In this document: one piece after another, positions 54,198 to 62,700 of the stretch
Position numbering within the stretch: the stretch's first letter is position 1
Layout of the letters: every line of letters starts with the position of its first letter
Assembly (NCBI GenBank): GCA_964489065.1
Contig: CAZAXH010000001.1
Span: 238,592 to 302,591 of the forward strand
Direction: 5' to 3'
Origin: an uncultured Planctomycetales bacterium
Lineage (GTDB): Bacteria > Omnitrophota > Gorgyraeia > Zapsychrales > JANLHA01
DNA: 64,000 bases
Notes under the pieces: model-generated
What the model was told of the DNA's origin: nothing
What the model saw: only the letters and a program-made list of their open reading frames with translations
Database searches by the model: none
Program-made: the position numbers and the translations under genes

Positions 54198-55772
54198 TCA
54201 TTTCCGACGAAGCCCCTTATCCCGAGCTTTTAAAAGCCCCCCGACTTTTTTCTGCAGCCCCTGATTTTCGCGCTGCAGGACCTTCAAATAGTCATTCAAC
54301 TGCGTTTCTTCCCGGGAAAAACTTTCCGCGGCTTTCCGCTCTTCTTCATAACGGGCTTCAATAATCGACAGGGAGCTCGTCAGAACCGCCTCTCTTAATT
54401 GTAAAGCCTCCACGTCCCTTTTCAGTTTCTGACTTTCAGAAACCGGCACCGGGGCGTTATTATCTTCTTCATCCGGGACCCAAGAGGCCTCCGCGGGCTC
54501 GTCCAGATCAATATCCTCCAGAAGCCGCGTCAATTCTTCTTTGATCTCCTGCGCGGACGGCGAAGCCCCCTGGCCCTTCTGGGCTCTCTGACAATCGGCC
54601 TGCAAAGCAGCAATCTCTTTTCCCAGCAACTTTTCTTTCTTGCGATAAGCCTTGGTTTGAATCTGTCCCTTTCGAATAGACAGGTTCAAATCGTCGATAT
54701 CGTCTGCCAATTGTTCCCGGGAAACGGCCCATGAAGCGGAAGACGGAGATGGGATCCAAAAAGCCGCCGCGTCCTGCAAAGGAAGCCTTTCGCTCAAAAC
54801 CTGTTTTTTCCTCCTCAACAGATCCGTTTCCTCCGCCAGGACCCGGCGGAAAATAACCGCCTGTTTTTCCTGCTGCCGCGAGGCGACGCGAACAACCTCC
54901 TGCAGGTCCTGGATATCAGCAAAAATTTTCTCTAACTGCTCCTTATCACTCCGCAGCCGCGCAATATCCTCTTGAAGACCGGCTAACGCCGCCTTGTCTT
55001 TAAGGGCGGCTGTCTCCCGTTGCTGGTTGAACTTTTCCAAAGTCCCTTCCGCGGCCGACAAACGGCCTTGACTCTCCGCCACCCTCGGCAGCCAGGCCTC
55101 CTTTTGGGACTTTAATTCCTCCGTCCGGTTTTTTTGCGACGATATTTTTTGTTGAAGCTTGCGGACACTCTCTTTTCTCCTGTCAATATCGTTTCGCAAA
55201 GCATCACACCGCGCGATCAACGCCTCCTTCTCTTCCTGTTTGTCTCTCTGTAGCGGTTGCGCACTCTTTTGCTGAAGGCGTTTCTGAAAAAAAGACACTT
55301 CCTCTTGCAGCAACTGGGCTTCCTCCTGAAGGCGTTTCTGCTTGTCAAGCATGACGCTCATTTGCACTTCTTTATCGTCCCGGTTCACATCATGATTTTG
55401 CCCTGCTTTCCGTAAGGCCTCCAGATCCTTCAGCAAATTATCCCGGTCTTCCTCCTGCAAGGTCAGGGCCTCCCGCAGAACCTTTTGATCCGCAAGAAGC
55501 TGATCCCTCTCCTGCTGAAACCCGGCCAGATCTTGCTCATATCGCTCAAGGGCCTGGCGCAAAGCCTTATTCTTCTCTCCCATCTGCGTGTTCTTCCGTA
55601 AGGCTTCCCCCATCGCCTCTTTCAGATCCCGGACAGCGGCCGCCAGCATCTGTTCGGCGGGCGCCGCCGGCTCAGCCGCTTCCAACTCCTGTGTGGCGGC
55701 CTGCTGCGGAAGGCAGAGCCCCCACACGCCGGCCAATACAAAAAAAGCATATTTGCGCAGAACCACAGACAT
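54198..55772 (-). CDS. Secreted long coiled-coil protein of unknown function within the pilus operon
   Basis: 524 aa. N-terminal signal peptide (MSVVLRKYAFFVLAGVWGLCLPQQAATQ), then ~480 aa of E/Q/K/R/L/A-rich heptad-like sequence. It starts 44 nt after the pilC stop. Confidence 0.6.
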   Translation of the reverse strand: MSVVLRKYAFFVLAGVWGLCLPQQAATQELEAAEPAAPAEQMLAAAVRDLKEAMGEALRKNTQMGEKNKALRQALERYEQDLAGFQQERDQLLADQKVLREALTLQEEDRDNLLKDLEALRKAGQNHDVNRDDKEVQMSVMLDKQKRLQEEAQLLQEEVSFFQKRLQQKSAQPLQRDKQEEKEALIARCDALRNDIDRRKESVRKLQQKISSQKNRTEELKSQKEAWLPRVAESQGRLSAAEGTLEKFNQQRETAALKDKAALAGLQEDIARLRSDKEQLEKIFADIQDLQEVVRVASRQQEKQAVIFRRVLAEETDLLRRKKQVLSERLPLQDAAAFWIPSPSSASWAVSREQLADDIDDLNLSIRKGQIQTKAYRKKEKLLGKEIAALQADCQRAQKGQGASPSAQEIKEELTRLLEDIDLDEPAEASWVPDEEDNNAPVPVSESQKLKRDVEALQLREAVLTSSLSIIEARYEEERKAAESFSREETQLNDYLKVLQRENQGLQKKVGGLLKARDKGLRRK

Positions 55773-55815
55773 CCCGTTACACCTTATCGTTTAAAATTCA
55801 GGATTTCCCCAAGCG

Positions 55816-57015
55816 TTAAATAATCTGAGTAATGCTAATAATCGGCAAGAACAGCGCAATGACAATAAAACCAACCACGATACCCAAAAAACCAATAATG
55901 AGCGGCTCAATAATGCTCGTCAAACCCGCCACGGCCGCGTCCACCTGATCGTCATAAAAATCCGCGATCTTCCCAAGCATCTTCTCCAACTGTCCGGATT
56001 TTTCACCAATGGAAATCATGCGCGTCACCATCGGAGGGAAAACACCGCTTTTGACCAGTGGGGTCGCAATGCTTTCCCCTTCGCGGACATTGTTTTTCAC
56101 ACTGATCACCACATTTTCCACCACCCGATTGCCACTGGTCTTCCCGACGATATCCAAAGATTCCAGGATCGGGACGCCGGTCTGCAGCAACGTCGCCAGC
56201 GTGCGGCTGAACCGGCTGATAGCCACTTTCCGGATCAATTCGCCGAAAATAGGCACCCGCAATGACATTTTATCAATGGCCTCCCGGCCCCGGTCGGTTT
56301 TATACCACCGGCTTAACAGAAATCCCAACAAAACAATCCCTCCGATGAGATACAAAAGGTTTTTCTTCAGCATGTCGCTGGCCCCGATCAGCATCTGTGT
56401 CATGGCCGGCAATTCCGAATTAAAAGAATCGTAAATGGAGGCAAAAGTAGGGACGACTTTGACCAGCAGGATAATGGTAATGATGATGGCCATAAACACA
56501 ACGACCGTTGGATATATCAGGGCTGATTTGACTTTGCGTTTCAGCTTGAGTGTCTTTTCGAGGTAGGAGGAGATGCGGTCCAATATGGCGCTCAATACCC
56601 CGCCCGTTTCCCCCACTTTGACCATATTCACAAAAAGAGTGTCAAAAGCCTTGGGATGCTTGGCAAACGCCGCCGACAAACTGCTCCCCATCTGGATATC
56701 GTCCCGCACAGCGATGACGACACTCTGAAAATAAGATTGCGTGATCTGCTCCTGCAAAGCGTCCAGGGCCTGAAGAATCGGGATCCCCGCGTCAACCATC
56801 GTAGATAACTGCCGGGAAAAGATAACCAGATCTTCCGGCTTAACGGACTTCTTGACAAAAACCGTTTTGGATGCCACCTTAACCGGCTTCACGTCAATGA
56901 TTGTCAGGTGGCGCTTGCGGAGTTCCTCTATAACCGCAGCCTGATTCTCGGCGCTGATCTTCCCGACAACATTGCGCGCCCCCTGATCCTTGGCGACATA
57001 TTTAAAAGTCGGCAT
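55816..57015 (-). CDS. pilC: Type IV pilus platform protein PilC (GspF family)
   Basis: 399 aa with two GspF repeats and three TM segments. Confidence 0.85.
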   Translation of the reverse strand: MPTFKYVAKDQGARNVVGKISAENQAAVIEELRKRHLTIIDVKPVKVASKTVFVKKSVKPEDLVIFSRQLSTMVDAGIPILQALDALQEQITQSYFQSVVIAVRDDIQMGSSLSAAFAKHPKAFDTLFVNMVKVGETGGVLSAILDRISSYLEKTLKLKRKVKSALIYPTVVVFMAIIITIILLVKVVPTFASIYDSFNSELPAMTQMLIGASDMLKKNLLYLIGGIVLLGFLLSRWYKTDRGREAIDKMSLRVPIFGELIRKVAISRFSRTLATLLQTGVPILESLDIVGKTSGNRVVENVVISVKNNVREGESIATPLVKSGVFPPMVTRMISIGEKSGQLEKMLGKIADFYDDQVDAAVAGLTSIIEPLIIGFLGIVVGFIVIALFLPIISITQII

Positions 57016-57225
57016 AACCTATTCCTTTTGCGATATGATCCAAAAGTAATTGTACCATCATTTCACCCCGGATAAAAAGTGTTTCAATAAATTTTTTTAT
57101 GAATTTCATTTTACGAGCCGCGAAAAACCCATCAGGTTGCCGGACGATAACGCGTTCCCCTCTTCTCCTTCCTTTATCTTTATATTTTTATTATTTCCCG
57201 GGAGAAAGCCAAACCCGGCGGCGTC

Positions 57226-58935
57226 TCAATCATTGGATGTGATCCTCAAAACTTCATCGAGCGTCGTCTCTCCGTCACACAATTTCTGCAGGCCGTCTTC
57301 CCAAAGCGTCAGCATGCCGAGTTTTTTACGGGCATATTCCTTTATTTCGTCGGAAGACTTTCCCAGAATCAGCATCTCGCGGACATGATCATCAAGCGGC
57401 ATCATTTCCGTGACCCCCAATCTCCCGTGAAAACCGGTGTGCCGGCAGGAATCGCATCCCTTTCCATGATAAAAAACCCGGTCCTTCTTGACAGGGATGC
57501 CCAACTCCCTTAAGACTTTATCCGGGATGTCCATCACCTCCTTGCAACGGGGGCAAATTCTCCGGCACAATCGCTGTGCACAGACCAGCACCAGGCTGGA
57601 TGACACCAGGAAAGGCTCCACTCCCATATCCACCAGGCGAGTCAGCGCTCCGGCCGCATCATTCGTATGCAGCGTTGAATAGACCATCTGCCCCGTTAAA
57701 GACGCCTTGATGGCGATATCTGCGGTTTCGTAATCACGGATCTCCCCCACCATCACAATATCCGGACTCTGCCGGAGAATCGCTTTTAACCCTTCGGCGA
57801 ACGTCAGCCCGATATCCGGCTTCACCTGAATCTGCGTCAAGCCATCCACGACATATTCAACCGGGTCTTCAATCGTAATAATATTTTTATCCACCTTATT
57901 CAATTCATTAATAATCGAATACAGGGTCGTGGATTTACCGCTTCCGGTCGGCCCGGTCACCAGGATCATCCCGAACGGCTGGGCGATCGCGTCCTGAAGC
58001 TTAAGCACCGACGCCCCGGAGAACCCAAGCCCGTCCAAACCGATGCGGAGGTTTTTCTTGTCCAGAACCCGCAGGACTATTTTCTGCCCGAAACTCGTCG
58101 GCAGAAGAGAAACACGGAAATCCACCTCTTGGTTGTTGACCCGCATCTTAAAACGGCCGTCCTGGGGCACCTGGGTGGCCGTGATATCCAGCCGGGACAT
58201 AATTTTGATACGGACAATAATGGCATTTTGGTTTTCCTTAGGGATTTTCATCGCGTGAACCAACGTCCCGTCAATCCGGTAACGGACACGCACGCAGTCC
58301 AGCATGGGTTCAACATGAATATCCGAGGCGCGCTGCTTGATCGCTTCACGGATGGCCAGGTTCACCAGGCGGATGATCGGCGCCTGCTCCCCCTCATCCG
58401 CCATCATCTCCGAATCAGTGACCAGCTCGCTGTCACTGATAATTTCCAGCTCTCCCACATCGATATCTTTACTGACGTCCTGAACCGAGTTGGAAATCTT
58501 GCTGCCGTAATAGGTTTCAAGCGCATGCAGGATGTCGGATTCCGTGCTCATCACGACGTCCACGTCCTTGCCTGTCAAATTCTTCAGATCATCAATCGCA
58601 AAAATATTCAGAGGGTCCGCCATCGCGATCGTCACAGTCTTCTGCATCTGGGATATCGGGAGGATCCGGTATTGGCGGGCCACCCTTTCGGGAATCGCGT
58701 CTTTTAAAGAAGGATCGATTTTGTATTTTTTAAGATTAATAAACGGGATATGCAATTCCCGGACCAGCAAAACCATCAGGTCCTCTTCTTTGATCAGCCC
58801 CTTTTCGATCAGGGCCCGGTCCAGGCTGATATTTTTGCTCTTCTGCAATTCTATCGCTTCATCCAGATCCTCTTTTTTGATTTTGAGGCTCTCAACAAGC
58901 GTTTGAATAATTTTTGTCTTGAGTGGTTGTGACAT
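57226..58935 (-). CDS. pilB: Type IV pilus assembly ATPase PilB/GspE family (paralog 2)
   Basis: 569 aa. T2SSE_N domain, Walker A GPTGSGKSTT, and tetracysteine CPRCK...CDSC. Confidence 0.85.
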   Translation of the reverse strand: MSQPLKTKIIQTLVESLKIKKEDLDEAIELQKSKNISLDRALIEKGLIKEEDLMVLLVRELHIPFINLKKYKIDPSLKDAIPERVARQYRILPISQMQKTVTIAMADPLNIFAIDDLKNLTGKDVDVVMSTESDILHALETYYGSKISNSVQDVSKDIDVGELEIISDSELVTDSEMMADEGEQAPIIRLVNLAIREAIKQRASDIHVEPMLDCVRVRYRIDGTLVHAMKIPKENQNAIIVRIKIMSRLDITATQVPQDGRFKMRVNNQEVDFRVSLLPTSFGQKIVLRVLDKKNLRIGLDGLGFSGASVLKLQDAIAQPFGMILVTGPTGSGKSTTLYSIINELNKVDKNIITIEDPVEYVVDGLTQIQVKPDIGLTFAEGLKAILRQSPDIVMVGEIRDYETADIAIKASLTGQMVYSTLHTNDAAGALTRLVDMGVEPFLVSSSLVLVCAQRLCRRICPRCKEVMDIPDKVLRELGIPVKKDRVFYHGKGCDSCRHTGFHGRLGVTEMMPLDDHVREMLILGKSSDEIKEYARKKLGMLTLWEDGLQKLCDGETTLDEVLRITSND

Positions 58936-58959
58936 GATGAAACGGTTTTTAATCTCCCC

Positions 58960-60726
58960 TCAGTCCGGGGTTTCAGCCGGAGTCTTCTCCAGGGGCTCGT
59001 CAGCCGCAGTGACGCGCAGGACCTCTTCCAGCGTCGTCAGGCCGGCCAGGGCTTTGGCCATGGCATCCTCCCGCATCGTGGTCATACCTTCCCGTCGCCC
59101 CATCATTTTAATCTGCAGTTCCCCGGCCCGCTGTAAAATGCCCTTACGGACCGGCGGCGTAAGGACCAGGATTTCCGAAATACCCACCCGCCCGCTGTAG
59201 CCGGTCTTCAGACAGTTCTTGCATCCTTGTCCGCGGGACAGCCTGATGTCCCCTTTCTTGCCCTGCGCCTTCAACCCCACTTTCTCCGCCATCTCCGGAG
59301 ACAGGACAAATTCTTCCTTGCATTTCGGGCAGATCCGCCGGAGAAGGCGCTGCCCCACGACCGCGATGACGGAGGAACAAATCAGAAACGGTTCCACCCC
59401 CATATTGACCATACGCACAATCGACCCCGCCGCCGTGGTCGTATGCAGGGAACTCACCACGAGATGCCCGGTCAACGCGGCTTTAACCGCAATATCCAGG
59501 GTTTCACTTTCCCGGATTTCTCCAATCATAATGACATCGGGGTCCTGCCTCAAAATAGACCGCAGGGTTGAGGCAAACGTCAGGCCCACGCTGGGTTTCA
59601 CGTTCACCTGGTTCAGTCCCGCCATCTGGTACTCCACGGGATCCTCCACGGTCACAATATTTTTTCCCGGTGAGTCAATATACTTCAAAATCGAATACAG
59701 GGTCGTTGTCTTCCCGCTGCCCGTCGGGCCGCAGGACAGGATCATCCCGTGCGGCTTATCCGCGCATTCCTTCAGCCGGCGCAAAGCCTCCGGCTGAAAC
59801 CCAAGGTTATTGATGTCCACGGCCCCCGCGGATTTATCCAGAACGCGGAGCACGATCTTTTCCCCAAAAATCGTCGGGAGGACATTGACGCGAAAATCAA
59901 CCTCCTTGTTCCCGGACAGGATCGTCCGGAACCGCCCGTCCTGCGGAATGCGCCGCTCCGAGATATCCAAATTAGACACGACTTTCAGCCGGGAAATAAT
60001 CGCCAGGTGCAGGGCCTTGGACATCTGGTCAATTTCGCGGATGACCCCGTCCACCCGGTAACGGATGCGCAATGTTTTTTCCAGAGGCTCAATGAAAACG
60101 TCGCTGGCTTTCGCCATAACGGCCTGTTGGATGATGGTGTCCGTTAATTTGATCAAAGGGGCGTCCTGGGAAATATCCTCGACCGAAACTTTTTCCGAAT
60201 CCAGGTCCTGCTCTTTGACCAGCTCCAGTTCTTCGGCGTCCCGCATGTCCTTAATGATGCTTTCCAAAGTTTCTCCCGACTCCACCGGAGAACCCTGTGT
60301 GTAACAGCGCTCAATAGCATCCGCCAGTTGAGTCGAGCGGGCGATGATCGGCGTGATGCTTAACCCCGTCAATGCCTTCACATCATCGATAACAAAAATG
60401 TTCAAAGGATCAGCCATGGCGAGGGTCAGGTTCCCGCCCATTTTGGACACCGGCATGATTTGATATTTCTGCGCCACGTCCCGCGGGATCAGTTTCACGA
60501 CACTGGGATCGATTTTAAGCCGGGAAATATCTATCGGGGGGAGGCCCAATCCTTCGCTGAGGATATGGGTCAAATCATCTTCACTGATCAGGTTCATCCG
60601 GACCAGCACCTGGCTGAGGTCACCGCCAGAGTTCTTCTGTTCCAAGAGAGCCCTGTCCAAATCTTCCTGTTTGATAATATTATCTCTCAACAGGATTTGC
60701 TGTAACCGTTCTTTTAAGGAAAACAT
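58960..60726 (-). CDS. Type IV pilus assembly ATPase PilB/GspE family (paralog 1)
   Basis: 588 aa. T2SSE_N domain, Walker A GPTGSGKTTT, and tetracysteine CPKCK...CKNC. Confidence 0.85.
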   Translation of the reverse strand: MFSLKERLQQILLRDNIIKQEDLDRALLEQKNSGGDLSQVLVRMNLISEDDLTHILSEGLGLPPIDISRLKIDPSVVKLIPRDVAQKYQIMPVSKMGGNLTLAMADPLNIFVIDDVKALTGLSITPIIARSTQLADAIERCYTQGSPVESGETLESIIKDMRDAEELELVKEQDLDSEKVSVEDISQDAPLIKLTDTIIQQAVMAKASDVFIEPLEKTLRIRYRVDGVIREIDQMSKALHLAIISRLKVVSNLDISERRIPQDGRFRTILSGNKEVDFRVNVLPTIFGEKIVLRVLDKSAGAVDINNLGFQPEALRRLKECADKPHGMILSCGPTGSGKTTTLYSILKYIDSPGKNIVTVEDPVEYQMAGLNQVNVKPSVGLTFASTLRSILRQDPDVIMIGEIRESETLDIAVKAALTGHLVVSSLHTTTAAGSIVRMVNMGVEPFLICSSVIAVVGQRLLRRICPKCKEEFVLSPEMAEKVGLKAQGKKGDIRLSRGQGCKNCLKTGYSGRVGISEILVLTPPVRKGILQRAGELQIKMMGRREGMTTMREDAMAKALAGLTTLEEVLRVTAADEPLEKTPAETPD

Positions 60727-60734
60727 GACGTTCC

Positions 60735-61190
60735 TTAGGAGGTGGTGGTGCTGCGATATCTCTTAATCGCTTCTTTAATGTCGCTAGCCGTTGAAACAAA
60801 CGTCTGAACACTGCAGCCGGTCAGCATTTCAATATCTTCCACGGCGATACGATTCAGGGGATTCGCCATGGCGACCGTTAAACTTTTTCCGATCTTATCA
60901 ATGGGGATCAAACAGTATTTTTTGCAGACGCCTTCCGGAACCGCGTTGAGGACCTCCTGATCAATCTCATAATTCGACAAAGGAAGGAAAGGGAATCCAT
61001 ACTGACAGGTGAGGGCCTGGGCGATATCTTCCTCCGTGGCGAACTTCAGCTCGACCAGAATTTCGCCGATAAGCCCGCCTTTTTCGTTTTGATAGGCCAT
61101 GGCCATGGCGACTTGCTCCCGGTCAATAACGCCTTTCTCAACGAGCAGTTCCCCCAAATGTTTATTGGATGTGCGTTTGTAATCTTTCAT
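60735..61190 (-). CDS. Stand-alone T2SSE_N / MshEN-like domain protein (151 aa)
   Basis: KHLGELLVEKGVIDREQVAMAMAYQ fits the RLGxxLLxxGLLxxxxLxxxLxxQ-type motif, with G and Q conserved. The rest resembles the N1 domain of GspE/PilB (IPIDKIGKSLTVAMANPLN). Confidence 0.6.
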   Translation of the reverse strand: MKDYKRTSNKHLGELLVEKGVIDREQVAMAMAYQNEKGGLIGEILVELKFATEEDIAQALTCQYGFPFLPLSNYEIDQEVLNAVPEGVCKKYCLIPIDKIGKSLTVAMANPLNRIAVEDIEMLTGCSVQTFVSTASDIKEAIKRYRSTTTS

Positions 61191-61246
61191 ATGTCAGGGT
61201 ATACACCCTCTTTATGATCTTATCTTAAACAAAAATTGCCCTTGAC

Positions 61247-61417
61247 TCAATGAACATTTAGTTTACACAACCCAAGAGAGCGTAAACTAGAAATGCAAAT
61301 TGATCCTCCAGCGCGAGTGAGCCAGGAGAACGAGTCGAAGGATCTTGATTTACTATCCCGCAGCTTGCTGCGGTTAATTGAGTCCAGAGCTTGCTCTGGG
61401 GTTTATATCTTTGATTC
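61247..61417. repeat. Copy 2 of the ~170-bp structured noncoding element (opposite orientation to copy 1)
   Basis: See the copy at 852-1020. It lies between the rodA stop and the MshEN-like gene start. A TTGACT hexamer sits at its upstream edge and an extra hairpin GGCAAAA-AGAA-TTTTGCC sits downstream. Confidence 0.7.
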
Positions 61418-61559
61418 CATTCCCGGGCAAAAAGAATTTTGCCTATTATACAACATATTATCATTCTTATATATAATTTATAAAGAATTGTTTTTAAAAG
61501 CACGTCCCGGGACCGAAGACAGAACCCAAGGGTTGCCGGGCCTTTACAAGGACCCGGGA

Positions 61560-62666
61560 TTAGAAAATCGTGTGCCTCTTGCTTAAATTCAGCAAAACGC
61601 CGATCATAAATAATGAAACCATAAAAGACGTTCGTCCATAACTCACCAAAGGCAGCGTAATCCCCACCACCGGACACATCCCCAGCACCATGCCGATGTT
61701 AATCAAGACCTGTAAAGAGAAAATAACGATCATCCCCACCGCAATCTGCATACCGAAGCGGTCTTTCACTTGTTCTGCCACTTTCAGCCCCGCGTAAATC
61801 ACGACGCCATAACACAGCAAAAAAATCAGCGTCCCCAACAACCCCCACTCTTCTCCAATAACGGAAAAAATAAAATCCGTGTGCCGTTCCGGCAAAAAGT
61901 TCAGCTGATTCTGCGTTCCTGACAGCCATCCTTTCCCCCACAGCCGGCCCGACCCCACCGCAATTTTAGATTGAATAATCGTATAACCGGCCCCTAACGG
62001 ATCAATATTGGGATTCAGGAAAACCAGCAGCCGGTCTTTCTGGTACGGCTTGATAACATGCCAGCCGAACGGCATCAGAACAAGACAAATCATGAGGAAG
62101 CCCAGGATATACCGGTAACGCAGCCCGCTGGCAAACAGCATAAAAATAAAGATCCCGAAAAACAACAAAGACGTTCCCAGGTCGGGTTGCTTGAAAACAA
62201 GCAGCATCGGGACGAGAGTTATCAAAAGAGGCACAACCAGGTCGCGCCACAGCACCCCCACGGGACTGCGGGCCCGGGCAGAAAAAGAGGAACGCCGGTC
62301 GCTGAAATACCGGCCCAACCCGAAGATCAAACTCACTTTCGCCAGTTCCGAAGGCTGGAAGCTGATCCCGGCAATCGAAAACCATCGCTGGGCCCCCAAA
62401 GCGTGCCGGCCGGCGACCAGGACCAGGATCAGCAAGATCACGCTTCCCCCGTAAATAAAATAAGCCATATCATAAAATTTTCTGTAATCCACATGACTCA
62501 GATAAAGCAGCATAAAAAGGCCGAGCACCGAAAAAACAACCTGGTCATAGAAGACTTTGTGGGAAACCCGCACGTTCTGATAAGACGCGCTATACAAAGC
62601 TATCAGGCCAAACGCTATCACCGCGAAGGTAAAAATAAAAATCACCACCCCTATATCTCGGCGCAT
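61560..62666 (-). CDS. rodA: SEDS-family peptidoglycan glycosyltransferase RodA/FtsW (RodA by linkage to PBP2)
   Basis: 368 aa, 10 TM helices, adjacent to mrdA. Confidence 0.85.
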   Translation of the reverse strand: MRRDIGVVIFIFTFAVIAFGLIALYSASYQNVRVSHKVFYDQVVFSVLGLFMLLYLSHVDYRKFYDMAYFIYGGSVILLILVLVAGRHALGAQRWFSIAGISFQPSELAKVSLIFGLGRYFSDRRSSFSARARSPVGVLWRDLVVPLLITLVPMLLVFKQPDLGTSLLFFGIFIFMLFASGLRYRYILGFLMICLVLMPFGWHVIKPYQKDRLLVFLNPNIDPLGAGYTIIQSKIAVGSGRLWGKGWLSGTQNQLNFLPERHTDFIFSVIGEEWGLLGTLIFLLCYGVVIYAGLKVAEQVKDRFGMQIAVGMIVIFSLQVLINIGMVLGMCPVVGITLPLVSYGRTSFMVSLFMIGVLLNLSKRHTIF

Positions 62667-62700
62667 AAAACGATTCCCTCCTTAAAGCAGCAAATCCCTA

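Noticed and set aside
61258-61677. 139-aa minus-strand ORF overlapping repeat copy 2 and the rodA 3' region
   Set aside because: Low-complexity frame running through a noncoding repeat, with no RBS or motifs.
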